From contig NC_004459.3 of NCBI RefSeq assembly GCF_000039765.1, forward strand, positions 2,391,127 through 2,423,126: a stretch of DNA of 32,000 nucleotides, in the 5' to 3' direction. This stretch comes from Vibrio vulnificus CMCP6 (GTDB lineage: Bacteria; Pseudomonadota; Gammaproteobacteria; Enterobacterales; Vibrionaceae). Shown piece after piece: positions 1-9,717 of the stretch. A program made the position numbers and the translations under genes. Position 1 is the stretch's first letter. Each line of letters begins with the position of its first letter. Below the pieces are notes generated by a model. The model made no database searches. It saw only the letters and a program-made list of their open reading frames with translations, and had not been told where the DNA came from.

Positions 1-317
1 GTGATCTTGCATGGTCAATCGGTCGATTGTTTTCGATATCTGTATCAATTTAAGGTTAAAAAGTAGCCACACTTAACAGAAATTAGAAAAAATACTCTAA
101 ATGATGAAATTAGAGGATGATGTTCTCTTTGTTATTGTTTTTAATGAATAAACGAGATAACTACTTAAAATGTGTGTGTTTGGTGATATTTGTTCCATAA
201 ATGATAAAACACGTTTTTGAGCACATTATTTATAACTAAATCAACATAAATAGTTGCGAAAGATTTGGAACTGGTTACAAATGTAGCCCGGAAATACTAA
301 TAATAGGGAAAGAAGAT

Positions 318-1127
318 ATGCAAGATACCACTCCCGAGTATCTGTTGGCTGCTTTAAGACAGGCGATCAAAAGCAAGGGGCTGACATATCGAGAGTTGTC
401 TGACAGGTTAGGAATACCTCTTTCTACGTTTAAAAGACACCTTTATAGCTCGAACATTTCGCTCGATAAGCTGCTGGAATATTGCCGTGAGACAGATACT
501 TCGCTAGAAGAGCTGCAAAAATTGGCGGTTCAGTTACAAACTAACGATGAAAATTACTTCAGTCACACTCAAGACGAAGTGTTTTTCAATTTTCCGGAAC
601 TTTACGACTTTTACCGAGAAATTCGTCATTTGCGCGATAAAGACGGATTTCGTTGGATGAAAGAAAAACATGGGCTTGATGAATCAACCACTTACTCCTA
701 TTTCCGTGCTTTGGAAATGTTAGGTTTGATCAAGTTAAGTGAAGATCACAAGTTCAGTTTGATAGGTCCAATGTACTATCGTTTTGCGGACAACTCTAAG
801 CTCAACAAAAAGTACACACAAACACTGAAAGAGCAGACTACGGCGTACAAAGATTGCGTCAAAATTGGTTTTTCACGTATGAATTTGACCGATGACCAAC
901 TTAAAGCGATTGGTAAAGTGATTGCCAAAGAAGTGCTGAAGTATCATAGCGAAAACATGGCGGAAGGTAATTTTGAAGTGTCTGATTTCAAAAACGTGCT
1001 CTTGATCGCGAGCCCGCATGAGCCGTTGATGTTCTCTGATGGCATTGGAAAACTGCCAAGTGATTTCTTAAACCAAATCAAAGATGCAATTGACAAATCA
1101 GGCGATAAGCCGAGTCTTGCTCTCTAG
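318..1127 (+). CDS. HTH (Cro/C1-like, XRE-type) transcriptional regulator, 269 aa
   Basis: Open frame with N-terminal helix-turn-helix pattern (LTYRELSDRLGIPLSTFKRHLYSSNISLDKLLEYC); AGAAGA-type RBS upstream of the ATG. Confidence 0.8.
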   Translation: MQDTTPEYLLAALRQAIKSKGLTYRELSDRLGIPLSTFKRHLYSSNISLDKLLEYCRETDTSLEELQKLAVQLQTNDENYFSHTQDEVFFNFPELYDFYREIRHLRDKDGFRWMKEKHGLDESTTYSYFRALEMLGLIKLSEDHKFSLIGPMYYRFADNSKLNKKYTQTLKEQTTAYKDCVKIGFSRMNLTDDQLKAIGKVIAKEVLKYHSENMAEGNFEVSDFKNVLLIASPHEPLMFSDGIGKLPSDFLNQIKDAIDKSGDKPSLAL

Positions 1128-1170
1128 AGTGGGATAAACGAACTCTTTGGCTATCTTGAATGAAAACTAA

Positions 1171-1212
1171 AAAAGAGCCGTCACATGAAGCGGGGCGGCT
1201 CTTTGTTTTACT
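1171..1212. terminator. Probable bidirectional rho-independent terminator between convergent genes
   Basis: AAAGAGCCG (1172-1180) ... CGGCTCTTTG (1196-1205) stem, preceded by an A-run and followed by T-rich sequence. Confidence 0.7.
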
Positions 1213-1230
1213 GACGTTGTTACTTTGTAC

Positions 1231-4200
1231 TTAATCCATTACGGGCAACTGCTCAATGGAGCGACGGTAGCGACGGTACTCACCAGAATTCCATAGCCAG
1301 ATGCTTTCCACTGGAATAGCGTAATATTGTGCGTAGTCTGGATTCTTCTTAATCTGTTCCTCGATATCTTTTTCAGCTTGTGCGGAAAAGGCAATTAGAT
1401 TTTCAAGGTATTCAGGAGCACTTTCTTTATTGGCATCAATAGCTTGCCAAGCGACCAAAAGGTCGTTTTGCTTGTGACAGCCATTGGCAGCATCTTGCCC
1501 TTTAGGGTAGTAGCAGTTGTTTGTCTTATCATGGACAAATTTTGGGCTAAAGGGGTTAAATAAGCTGTTAAATGAGCTAGCACCATTCAGTACTTCAACG
1601 GTGTTACTGTCTCGCAACAAATACAATGTAGCGTCCTTTTGTGAACGGATACCTAACTTAGCAAAGTTAAGGTATGTATTTACTGGATTAGGCAAATTAT
1701 TCAAAAGCTCAAGGTGTAGCTCTCTTCCATCAATAAACATGGCTTTTTTAGCAATCTCTTTTGCCAGACCATTGCGACGTGTCACCATGTATTTACGTGC
1801 TTTCCAAGTAAATTCGTAACCGCCTTTCAAGTCGACAGATAAGCTTGGTTTCGTCAGAGTAATATCGTCGATCAAATGTTGCGAGCTATCAGAAAGCCCA
1901 TACTCTTCAGCTTGGCCGAATGCCACTAAGTTGGTCAGCAACGCATTAAAATATGGTGTTACGGTGCTCTGTGACAACTGGAAGTAGCTTTTAATACCAT
2001 AGAGATATGGCGGCACCTCAATAGAGCTACGCAGATCTGGTACGTAACGTGACTTGGTTTCAACATACTCACCAGTTTGATCAACGAAGACAGGAGAACG
2101 GAACTTGTCATCGGCGAAACCCAAGTAGCTAAGGTACTCTTTCATTTTTCTTGGTGTGCCTTTAGTGCCACTGCGAACATCGGAAACATCCATTAGTGCC
2201 ATATTGGATTTAGCTCTCACACTGTTCCAATCATTTCGTTTGACCAGCATCTGCGCGGCGAGCAGCTTATCAGGCCAAATTCCCATTAAATCAATGGCGG
2301 AGGATGAGGACTGATGCGGGTTGTTGGCTTTCATATCGGCATACGGGCGGCCATCACGCGTCTCAGCGAGTACTTTGATTGGCTGTGACCCTTTTGCTAA
2401 CTCAGCGACCAAATCTTGGTCGAAACATGACTCTGGAAGCGTGGTTTTATAGTCGATACGAGGGCCATACTGTGTCCACAAATCATTCAACGCGACAAAA
2501 CGATATAGCGGTTGGTCGTCGTTTGCGACTTCAATTTCACAAACATGATTAGGTTGTGCCATCACTTTGACAAAGAAATCTGCCGCTAATAAGGCTGCAT
2601 CAAAGGTGTCACAAATCATCTGTGCCCCTTGTGGTAGCTGACTTCTACGGAACTTATATTGGCAGTTGTCTGTGTAGAAATTTGCTACGTTTTGCCCGTA
2701 ACTCTCTTCCTCTTCCCCTTTAAGTTGCGCGAAGTAGTAGTCAATTTCACCTAAATCTTCAATAACTTTGCGAATTTCATTGAACTGATTGAGGCGCGCG
2801 ACGGTGTAGTTATGCACCTGATATTCGTAAAACTGGTTACGTCCATTCCGCTTATTAAGGAACTCATAGCTATCCCAGTATTGCTGAATACGGAATTCGG
2901 TCAGTTCAAGGATATTGGTGCCTTCATCAAAACGATTACAGGTGGTTGTGCTGCTAGTGTTTTCATCCGAGCAGTAGTAGTAATTTTTAACGCTTTGAGT
3001 CGGTTGGCTATCGTCTAGTTTTTTCAACTGCTCTTTGAGCACTTCCAAAGTACCGAGTGGATAAGCACGGTAGTTTTGACGCACTTTTTCGTCGATTTCA
3101 CTTAAGCTAACGTAAGCCACTGTCGTTTCGCCTTTATCATCAAGCGTTTGAACTTCCGCTTGACGTTGGTAGCCAAAACGCAATGCGGCAATATCGTACT
3201 TACCGTAAGTTGGCAGCTCGTCAAAAATGGACGCACCGTAGTCCATAATAGAACTGTAAGCGGGGACTTTGTCGTAGCCAAGTGCAGTGATTTCTTGCTC
3301 GTTATAGAAGTTACTTTTATCCATTGAGCCCATAAAGTTGTGTCGCAAACCGAGGTTATGGCCAAGCTCGTGGACTAACGTTGACGTATAAATGTGCTGC
3401 GAAATCTGTTTGGTTACTTGCGCTTGCTGATCGGCGTTGAGATCTTCCCACGCTTTGAGCTTGGTGTTGACCTTGTCGGCGTAATCTGGCGCAGAAGGGT
3501 CTAAATGAGCGTTGTCAAAATAGCCACCCGCTTTGTAATCAATACCTTTGATCAACCCTTTTGACTGAGTGCTTACCCACAAGAACTGATCAGAGTACAT
3601 GTTTTGCTCAGCGTAGGCTTGGCGCTGTTTTGCGTAGGATAAAGCTTGTTTGTTGAAGCTGTATTCGTTCTGCATATCTGGGCGAAGCCAAGTCACTACG
3701 CCGTCATTGAAATCTGGCTCACTAGCAGCCACCAAGGGTAGGGACGTTTGAATATTGGTGATATTTTTATCTACGATGAAGTCAGAGACCCTTTCGGCAC
3801 CAAAGGTCATGGAGGTGGTGCCTGCATCAGATTCATCGGTTCCATTGTTGACCGCTGGGTCTGTCTCATCCAATTTGAACTCTGCTGGGCGGGCAATCTC
3901 TTGGCGATTGTAGTGAACCGCTAGTCTGCGCCACATTTCACGAGCCGAAGCGCGGATCACACCTGCATATTGGTTCACATGCGCATGGACAATTTCACCT
4001 GTGAGCGGGTTGGTTGCTGATGGGCCGTAGCCTAGCAATCCGTTATCAACCGGATCGGTGATCAGGTTAAACATGTTGATACGCAAATCACCGGGATGTT
4101 TGCCTGCAGGTTTGTCTTTATTGACGATGTTGATTTTTGGCACACCAGTACCAGCGAGAATCTGGTTAATGTGTTCGATCGTATCGAGGGTGGTTTGCAG

Positions 4201-5124
4201 AAACTCCTTCCCCTCGGGTAAAAAATAACTGTCGCTTAAGTAGTAATCGATAGACTCTTTTTTCGGGTTGAAGCGGTTAATGAGTCGGAACTTCTCACCT
4301 TGTAGATTGGCCTCGCCATTGACTGAAAGCGGTGTTTTTTCATCATTAAAAAAACCATAACGCTGTGAGTCTTTGCCTGGGTAGTGGACCACTTCGTAAT
4401 CTGGGCTAGCAAGCTTGTCGAGCTTCACCAGCGAGTAGAAAAAACGCGTTTTGAAAGAAAGATCTTCCAGTTGAGAACCAAATTGATACATATCATCAGC
4501 ACTGGCGGTGAATGTGCGTTCAACTTCAACGTTAATGACACCGGCAGTCGCGTCGTATTCCCAATGCACTAAACGAGGCTCGGCGGTTTCTGTGACATTG
4601 TCAGCAGTCCACCATGCGTCAACGGTATCAACGGCCAATGACTTGATGCCCGCGTAATCGGGAGTGAAGTGAGTGGTATCTTGCCAGTTTAGACTGGCGT
4701 CTGTGTTGAGCTCTTCTTTGTTGGTGCACTCATCAAACTGATCTTCAGCGCAGCGATATTGCTGGAATTCACCAGGGATCTTAAGAACCGGAGCGAGGTT
4801 GATACTGCTGTCGTATCGGCTTGGCTTGCCATTAATAATGGTATCGCGGTCTACTTCTTCTGCGATGATGCCATTGGCTTTATCGAAACGCAGCGTGACT
4901 AATTTGGGCGTTCCCTGAAAAAATCCTCGTTGGGTTGCCGCGTAGCGTGGCGCTGCGCCTGTCGATGGCATATAAAGCCAAAGCGCTTCAGTATCTAAAG
5001 AGCTTTTAGTTATTTGCTCTTCAGCTCTCGGTTGATATTCATATGCGCGTTCCTCTGCGCCACAGCCATACAATGCCACAGACACCATAGTGGCGAGTAA
5101 TAACTTTCTATACATGTTGTGCAC
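1231..5124 (-). CDS. Large zinc-dependent metalloprotease (metzincin-like) lipoprotein, 1297 aa
   Basis: Lipobox-like LYGC after an N-terminal hydrophobic segment; HELGHNLGLRH matches HExxHxxGxxH; downstream Met-turn-like SSIMDYG. Confidence 0.85.
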   Translation of the reverse strand: MHNMYRKLLLATMVSVALYGCGAEERAYEYQPRAEEQITKSSLDTEALWLYMPSTGAAPRYAATQRGFFQGTPKLVTLRFDKANGIIAEEVDRDTIINGKPSRYDSSINLAPVLKIPGEFQQYRCAEDQFDECTNKEELNTDASLNWQDTTHFTPDYAGIKSLAVDTVDAWWTADNVTETAEPRLVHWEYDATAGVINVEVERTFTASADDMYQFGSQLEDLSFKTRFFYSLVKLDKLASPDYEVVHYPGKDSQRYGFFNDEKTPLSVNGEANLQGEKFRLINRFNPKKESIDYYLSDSYFLPEGKEFLQTTLDTIEHINQILAGTGVPKINIVNKDKPAGKHPGDLRINMFNLITDPVDNGLLGYGPSATNPLTGEIVHAHVNQYAGVIRASAREMWRRLAVHYNRQEIARPAEFKLDETDPAVNNGTDESDAGTTSMTFGAERVSDFIVDKNITNIQTSLPLVAASEPDFNDGVVTWLRPDMQNEYSFNKQALSYAKQRQAYAEQNMYSDQFLWVSTQSKGLIKGIDYKAGGYFDNAHLDPSAPDYADKVNTKLKAWEDLNADQQAQVTKQISQHIYTSTLVHELGHNLGLRHNFMGSMDKSNFYNEQEITALGYDKVPAYSSIMDYGASIFDELPTYGKYDIAALRFGYQRQAEVQTLDDKGETTVAYVSLSEIDEKVRQNYRAYPLGTLEVLKEQLKKLDDSQPTQSVKNYYYCSDENTSSTTTCNRFDEGTNILELTEFRIQQYWDSYEFLNKRNGRNQFYEYQVHNYTVARLNQFNEIRKVIEDLGEIDYYFAQLKGEEEESYGQNVANFYTDNCQYKFRRSQLPQGAQMICDTFDAALLAADFFVKVMAQPNHVCEIEVANDDQPLYRFVALNDLWTQYGPRIDYKTTLPESCFDQDLVAELAKGSQPIKVLAETRDGRPYADMKANNPHQSSSSAIDLMGIWPDKLLAAQMLVKRNDWNSVRAKSNMALMDVSDVRSGTKGTPRKMKEYLSYLGFADDKFRSPVFVDQTGEYVETKSRYVPDLRSSIEVPPYLYGIKSYFQLSQSTVTPYFNALLTNLVAFGQAEEYGLSDSSQHLIDDITLTKPSLSVDLKGGYEFTWKARKYMVTRRNGLAKEIAKKAMFIDGRELHLELLNNLPNPVNTYLNFAKLGIRSQKDATLYLLRDSNTVEVLNGASSFNSLFNPFSPKFVHDKTNNCYYPKGQDAANGCHKQNDLLVAWQAIDANKESAPEYLENLIAFSAQAEKDIEEQIKKNPDYAQYYAIPVESIWLWNSGEYRRYRRSIEQLPVMD

Positions 5125-5128
5125 CAGT

Positions 5129-5962
5129 TTAATAGTTATATGTGAGTGTTAAGTAGTAAGTTGGCTTGTCCAAGTCGAATAAGGTGTCGATTGGGTTTGG
5201 TCCTCGGTCGGTATCGAAATACCGGGCGCTGTTGGTTAAACCAGCAGCGACAGAAAAGCTTTCAGTTACGTTGTAACCAATCTCTTCGGCGTGTGAGAAT
5301 TCAGGAGAATATTCTGAACCTCGGTAGGTCCACGATTTTGAACTGTCAATGGTGGTGGAGATCCACCAGTCACCATATTCGTAGCTCAAACCAAAACTGT
5401 TACTCAGGCGATACTCTTCGAGCTGGAGATTGCCTGCCGTGGTGTAACGATGGAAATTTTTTCTTAGACGAACGGAATCTGTTAGTTGTAGCCCTTCAAG
5501 CAAAAAGCCAAGGTCATAGCTGAGATTGAGATCCGCACGAAAAGCAGTAGAAAGGTCGGTGGTTTTTGCGATGTCAGAGATAGGAATTAACCCACGAATA
5601 CTCGCAGAAAAATTGAGATTTTCTGTTGGTTGGTAGAGATCTCGGTAAACCGCTCGTAACCATACATCTCGCCAATACTGTCCCTCATGCCCGTCGAATT
5701 GATGAACGCCACTGAAATTGGCACTAAAGAGCCAGTTGGTTTCCGTTTCATATTTCACGGTGAGACTGGCGTCGAGAGAACGTGATGCAAGATAGCTGTT
5801 GTCGGGGTAGGCGTTTCGGCTGTATGAAGTCGAAAACGTCAAATTCCACGGACTGTTTTGAGTCGGTGGCGCCACCATAGATTCGGCGACATCTTCTGCA
5901 TGAACTGTAAACGGCAAGCAAGATGCAGTTAGCGCACACAGTGCAATATGACACTGTTTCAC
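5129..5962 (-). CDS. Putative outer-membrane beta-barrel protein, 277 aa
   Basis: Signal peptide (MKQCHIALCALTASCLPFTVHA), alternating amphipathic strands rich in Tyr/Trp, C-terminal aromatic YYLTLTYNY; only 4 nt separate it from the downstream metalloprotease gene. Confidence 0.65.
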   Translation of the reverse strand: MKQCHIALCALTASCLPFTVHAEDVAESMVAPPTQNSPWNLTFSTSYSRNAYPDNSYLASRSLDASLTVKYETETNWLFSANFSGVHQFDGHEGQYWRDVWLRAVYRDLYQPTENLNFSASIRGLIPISDIAKTTDLSTAFRADLNLSYDLGFLLEGLQLTDSVRLRKNFHRYTTAGNLQLEEYRLSNSFGLSYEYGDWWISTTIDSSKSWTYRGSEYSPEFSHAEEIGYNVTESFSVAAGLTNSARYFDTDRGPNPIDTLFDLDKPTYYLTLTYNY

Positions 5963-6229
5963 TCTACTTTCCTTGTAATTTGTGATTAATGTAGTGTTTT
6001 TTATGATTGACGGATACTAGAGGAATCATTGGAAGAAGAACATCTATTCATGGAAAGTATCAATATCTTGTGTCACCAGTACTAATTTGTGAGCCTGCTC
6101 GAATGTTAATCGTTTTGTTTTGATCTCCAATCGCCTCTTTTAATTGCTGAACCCTTGCTGCATATGGAGTGAGTTGCACTTCTGCTTGGCTGACACATAA
6201 CCTTCATCAATTTTTCTCATAAAAATGAC

Positions 6230-6257
6230 TTGATTAGATCAATAAATGCACTATTAT
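6230..6257 (+). promoter_or_regulatory. Predicted sigma70 promoter for the TetR-family gene
   Basis: TTGATT (6230-6235), 16-bp spacer, TATTAT (6252-6257); -10 abuts palindromic operator 1. Confidence 0.5.
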
Positions 6258-6286
6258 GACGAAGTGTCATTTATGACGATTCGTCA
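6257..6286. promoter_or_regulatory. Pair of palindromic operator-like sites upstream of the TetR-family gene
   Basis: TGACGAAGTGTCA (6257-6269) and TGACGATTCGTCA (6274-6286); start-to-start distance 17 bp. Confidence 0.7.
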
Positions 6287-6359
6287 AAAATTAGTGAGAT
6301 TCCTTTAATAGGGATTCGTGTTACAATCGCAGCGGGAGTACGTCGATACGGAAGAGTGA

Positions 6360-7151
6360 ATGATGTTTAACTTTGGTTGTAAGAAAAGTGATGAGCAAAA
6401 AGGGTGTGGATTTTCGGCTGGAAAGACGAAAAAACAGCAAGCTATCGCTGATCGAGAAGTTGAATTAATTCTGTTAGCAAAAGCCATTGTACAGAAGGAA
6501 GGATTTGCCAACCTTACGATGGACAAACTAACAGCGGCCAGTCCGTACTCAAAAGGGACGATTTACAATCATTTTTGCAGCAAAGAGGATGTGATTTTAG
6601 CGCTGTGTATTCATTCGCTAAAAAATGAAGCGCTTCTCTTTAATCGTACCGCAGCGTTTGAAGGTACGACGCGAGAAAAAATGATCGCGATGCATGTAGG
6701 TTACCGTATCTACTCGCGTCTAGAGCCTGTGCTATCGACCTGCGCCATCATGGCCAAAACACCATGGGTGCTAGAGAAAGCGTCGCCTGCGAGGGTGAAT
6801 GAGTTAAATGAGCTTGAAGAGAAAGTGATTTCAGGTGCGGATGCTCTCGTGAGCTACGCGGCCGAAGTCGGCGATGTGAAGTTTTCACCCGCAGTGGGTT
6901 CTGATGCCATTGTATTTGCTAACTGGTCAATTGCATTTGGTTCGAATGCCTTGACGCAAAACGCATCAAACAGTCACTGTATCAGCCGCCTTCAAGATCC
7001 ATTTACAGTGCTACATAACGCGAATTTGCTACTTGATGGACTCGGATGGAAGCCGCTTTCGAGCGAATGGGATTATCGCAAAACCTGGCGACGGGTAGAG
7101 CAAGAACTGTTTGCTGAAGAGATCGCTTATCTCGAATCTGTTGGTCGTTAA
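6360..7151 (+). CDS. TetR/AcrR-family transcriptional regulator, 263 aa
   Basis: N-terminal HTH typical of TetR (ILLAKAIVQKEGFANLTMDKLTAASPYSKGTIYNHFCSKEDVILAL). Confidence 0.85.
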   Translation: MMFNFGCKKSDEQKGCGFSAGKTKKQQAIADREVELILLAKAIVQKEGFANLTMDKLTAASPYSKGTIYNHFCSKEDVILALCIHSLKNEALLFNRTAAFEGTTREKMIAMHVGYRIYSRLEPVLSTCAIMAKTPWVLEKASPARVNELNELEEKVISGADALVSYAAEVGDVKFSPAVGSDAIVFANWSIAFGSNALTQNASNSHCISRLQDPFTVLHNANLLLDGLGWKPLSSEWDYRKTWRRVEQELFAEEIAYLESVGR

Positions 7152-7157
7152 GGGAAC

Positions 7158-7182
7158 AAAGCCAATCTAAGGATTGGCTTTT
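7158..7182 (+). terminator. Rho-independent terminator after the TetR-family gene
   Basis: AAAGCCAATC-TAAG-GATTGGCTTTT. Confidence 0.7.
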
Positions 7183-7195
7183 AAATCACACTTAG

Positions 7196-7208
7196 TGACG
7201 AACCGTCA
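7196..7208. promoter_or_regulatory. Palindromic operator-like site, copy 3
   Basis: TGACGAACCGTCA, same arms as copies at 6257, 6274 and 7307. Confidence 0.65.
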
Positions 7209-7272
7209 AAAAATGAACTTGGAAAAACAAAAATAGGTTGTTCTTTGTTGATTCCAAAATTCTTCCTCTCTT

Positions 7273-7294
7273 AACCAGCATTTGCTGGTTTTTA
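7273..7294 (+). terminator. Terminator-like hairpin in the intergenic leader of the exporter operon
   Basis: AACCAGCA-TT-TGCTGGTT followed by TTT. Confidence 0.5.
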
Positions 7295-7306
7295 AAGAGA
7301 GATTAT

Positions 7307-7319
7307 TGACGAAACGTCA
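7307..7319. promoter_or_regulatory. Palindromic operator-like site, copy 4, immediately upstream of the exporter gene
   Basis: TGACGAAACGTCA. Confidence 0.7.
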
Positions 7320-7334
7320 CAAATGGAGAGTGTG

Positions 7335-9704
7335 ATGAACCATCTTCAGCAGTCAACCAATGAACGCACTTCACTGCTCGCGTTCTCAACGCGGTTCAGT
7401 TTTTGGACCCTTATCATCAGCCTGATTGCCATTGTCGCGACTGCGATGGGGGCAAAAAATCTCTATTTTCGTGGGGATTACAATATCTTTTTTGATGGCA
7501 GTAATGCTCAACTACAAGCCTTTGATGAGATTCAAACCACCTTCGCGAAAACCGACAACATCGCGTTAGTCTTAGCGCCTAAAAGTGGCGATGTGTTTGA
7601 CCAGCGCACACTGACTCAAATCCAAGAAATGACGGAACAAGCGTGGCAAGTCCCTTATTCAAGCCGTGTCGACTCGCTTGCCAACTACCAACATACCGAA
7701 GCGGTAGACGATGATCTGCTGGTGGAAGATCTTCTTTATCAATCGTATCCACTTACCGCAGAACGCATTGCCAAGGTTCGCACGATTGCGATGTCAGAAC
7801 CGCTACTGGTGAACGCTTTGGTCTCCGAAAAAGGCGATGTTGCGGTTATCAATATTACCATGCAAATGCCGGGGGTGGATGAAACCGCTGAAGTAAATGA
7901 AGTGGTCGCGTACGTTGAACAAATGCTCAGCCATTATCGCGCACAGTATCCTGATGTCACCATCTACAAGGCGGGTATCATCGCAATGAACCATTCGTTT
8001 GCGATGGCGGCGCAAAACGACAGCGCGACGTTAGTTCCGACAATGTTGTTGGTGATTTTGGTTTTTCTCACCCTCATGCTGCGTTCGTTTCTCAGTGTTT
8101 TGGCGACGTTAGTGGTGATTATTGGCGCCATTGTTGCGACCTTAGGCATTGTCGGCTGGGCTGGAATGTTTTTGCATGTTGCCTCTGTGAATGTGCCGAC
8201 ACTGATCATGACATTAGCGGTCGCAGACTGTGTTCATGTCATTGCCAGCATGCGCCATTTTATGCGCCAGGGTATGCCGAAATCACAAGCGATTCACCGT
8301 AGTGTGACGCTCAATTTTGTGCCTATCATCATCACTTCAGTAACCACCGCGATTGGCTTCTTGATGATGAACATGTCTGATTCTCCCGTGCTACGAGACT
8401 TTGGTAATTTGTCTGCGCTAGGGGTGATGATCGCATGTGTGTTGTCCGTGAGTTTACTGCCCGCCTTGCTTAACCTGCTGCCAGTGCGTTTTAGTGCCAA
8501 ACAAGCGGCAAAATCGTCGGATATTATGGATAAGTTAGCGGATCTTGTGGTGCACAGACGCAACGTTTTATTGCCACTTTCCATCGTGGTGATTGCAGGC
8601 AGTGCCGCTTTGATTCCTTACAACAAAGTCAACGACGAATCGGTCAAGTATTTCGATACCAGTAGTGAATTTCGACAAGCGGCCGATTTTATGGAGCAAC
8701 GAATTAGTGGCATGACCACGATGAGCATTGCCATTAAAACGCATCAATCACAAGGGATTGCCAGTCCGGAATTCTTAGCGGTTTTGGGGGAGTTCACCCA
8801 CTGGCTACGCGAGCAGCCTGAAACGGACCACGTAGCATCGTTGTCGGACATCTATAAGCGCTTAAACAAAAACATGCACGGTGATGATAATGCCTATTAC
8901 GCATTGCCAGCAGAGCGTGAGTTGGCCGCGCAGTACTTGCTTCTCTACGAAATGTCATTGCCATTTGGCTTAGATCTGAATAACCAAGTCAATGTCGACA
9001 AGTCTTCCGTCAAACTGCAATTGACTGTGAAAAACTTAGGCAGCGTCGAGTTGGTGGCCTTGGAAGAGCGCATCTATCAATGGTTTGCCAGCCATGCGCC
9101 GCAATATCAAGTGGTGGCATCAAGCCCATCGCTGATGTTTGCTCATATCGGTGAAACGAACATGGCCAGCATGCTTTCTACCTTGCCGATTACCTTAATC
9201 CTCATCTCTGCATTGATGATTTTTGCTCTGCGCTCTTGGCGACTTGGCATGATCAGTTTGGTTCCGAATATTGCCCCAGCGGTGATTGGTTTTGGTCTTT
9301 GGGCTTTGATCTCCGGTGAAATCAACTTAGGTCTCTCGGTTGTGGTGACCCTGACGCTTGGCATAGTTGTCGATGATGCAGTCCACTTCCTTGCCAAGTA
9401 TCAGCACGCACGCAAAGCAGGGCAAAACGCAGAGCAGGCAGTGCGATATGCCTTTCATACTGTCGGGCGTGCTTTGTGGATCACCACCGTCGTGTTAGTG
9501 GCTGGGTTTTCGGTGTTGGCGATGTCACAGTTCCGCCTCAACTCAGACATGGGGCAGTTAAGCGCCATCGTTATCTTCGTCGCCTTGGTGATCGACTTCG
9601 TTCTATTGCCATCGTTACTGATGCGATTTGATACAGCGGAATATGCCCAACCGGACACCTCTCAAGAGCCGAACACAACACCTATTCAACCGAATCAAGC
9701 GTAA
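7335..9704 (+). CDS. RND/MMPL superfamily exporter (HAE2-like), about 789 aa
   Basis: Two SSD-like multi-TM blocks, internal duplication typical of MMPL proteins (GIIAMNHSFAMAAQND..., VTLTLGIVVDDAVHFLAKYQHAR). ORF opens at 7323, but the GGAG at about 7326 positions the ATG at 7335 better. Confidence 0.85.
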   Translation: MNHLQQSTNERTSLLAFSTRFSFWTLIISLIAIVATAMGAKNLYFRGDYNIFFDGSNAQLQAFDEIQTTFAKTDNIALVLAPKSGDVFDQRTLTQIQEMTEQAWQVPYSSRVDSLANYQHTEAVDDDLLVEDLLYQSYPLTAERIAKVRTIAMSEPLLVNALVSEKGDVAVINITMQMPGVDETAEVNEVVAYVEQMLSHYRAQYPDVTIYKAGIIAMNHSFAMAAQNDSATLVPTMLLVILVFLTLMLRSFLSVLATLVVIIGAIVATLGIVGWAGMFLHVASVNVPTLIMTLAVADCVHVIASMRHFMRQGMPKSQAIHRSVTLNFVPIIITSVTTAIGFLMMNMSDSPVLRDFGNLSALGVMIACVLSVSLLPALLNLLPVRFSAKQAAKSSDIMDKLADLVVHRRNVLLPLSIVVIAGSAALIPYNKVNDESVKYFDTSSEFRQAADFMEQRISGMTTMSIAIKTHQSQGIASPEFLAVLGEFTHWLREQPETDHVASLSDIYKRLNKNMHGDDNAYYALPAERELAAQYLLLYEMSLPFGLDLNNQVNVDKSSVKLQLTVKNLGSVELVALEERIYQWFASHAPQYQVVASSPSLMFAHIGETNMASMLSTLPITLILISALMIFALRSWRLGMISLVPNIAPAVIGFGLWALISGEINLGLSVVVTLTLGIVVDDAVHFLAKYQHARKAGQNAEQAVRYAFHTVGRALWITTVVLVAGFSVLAMSQFRLNSDMGQLSAIVIFVALVIDFVLLPSLLMRFDTAEYAQPDTSQEPNTTPIQPNQA

Positions 9705-9717
9705 TAAGGACATCAAG

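Noticed and set aside
1395-3365. Several small plus-strand ORFs (1517-1819, 2812-3018) and out-of-frame minus-strand ORFs inside the metalloprotease gene.
   Set aside because: They overlap a long, motif-supported coding sequence, lack recognizable domains or good RBSs, and are expected by chance.
7803-9658. Multiple antisense ORFs inside the exporter gene.
   Set aside because: Shadow ORFs opposite a GC-balanced long coding region; low-complexity translations with no family resemblance.
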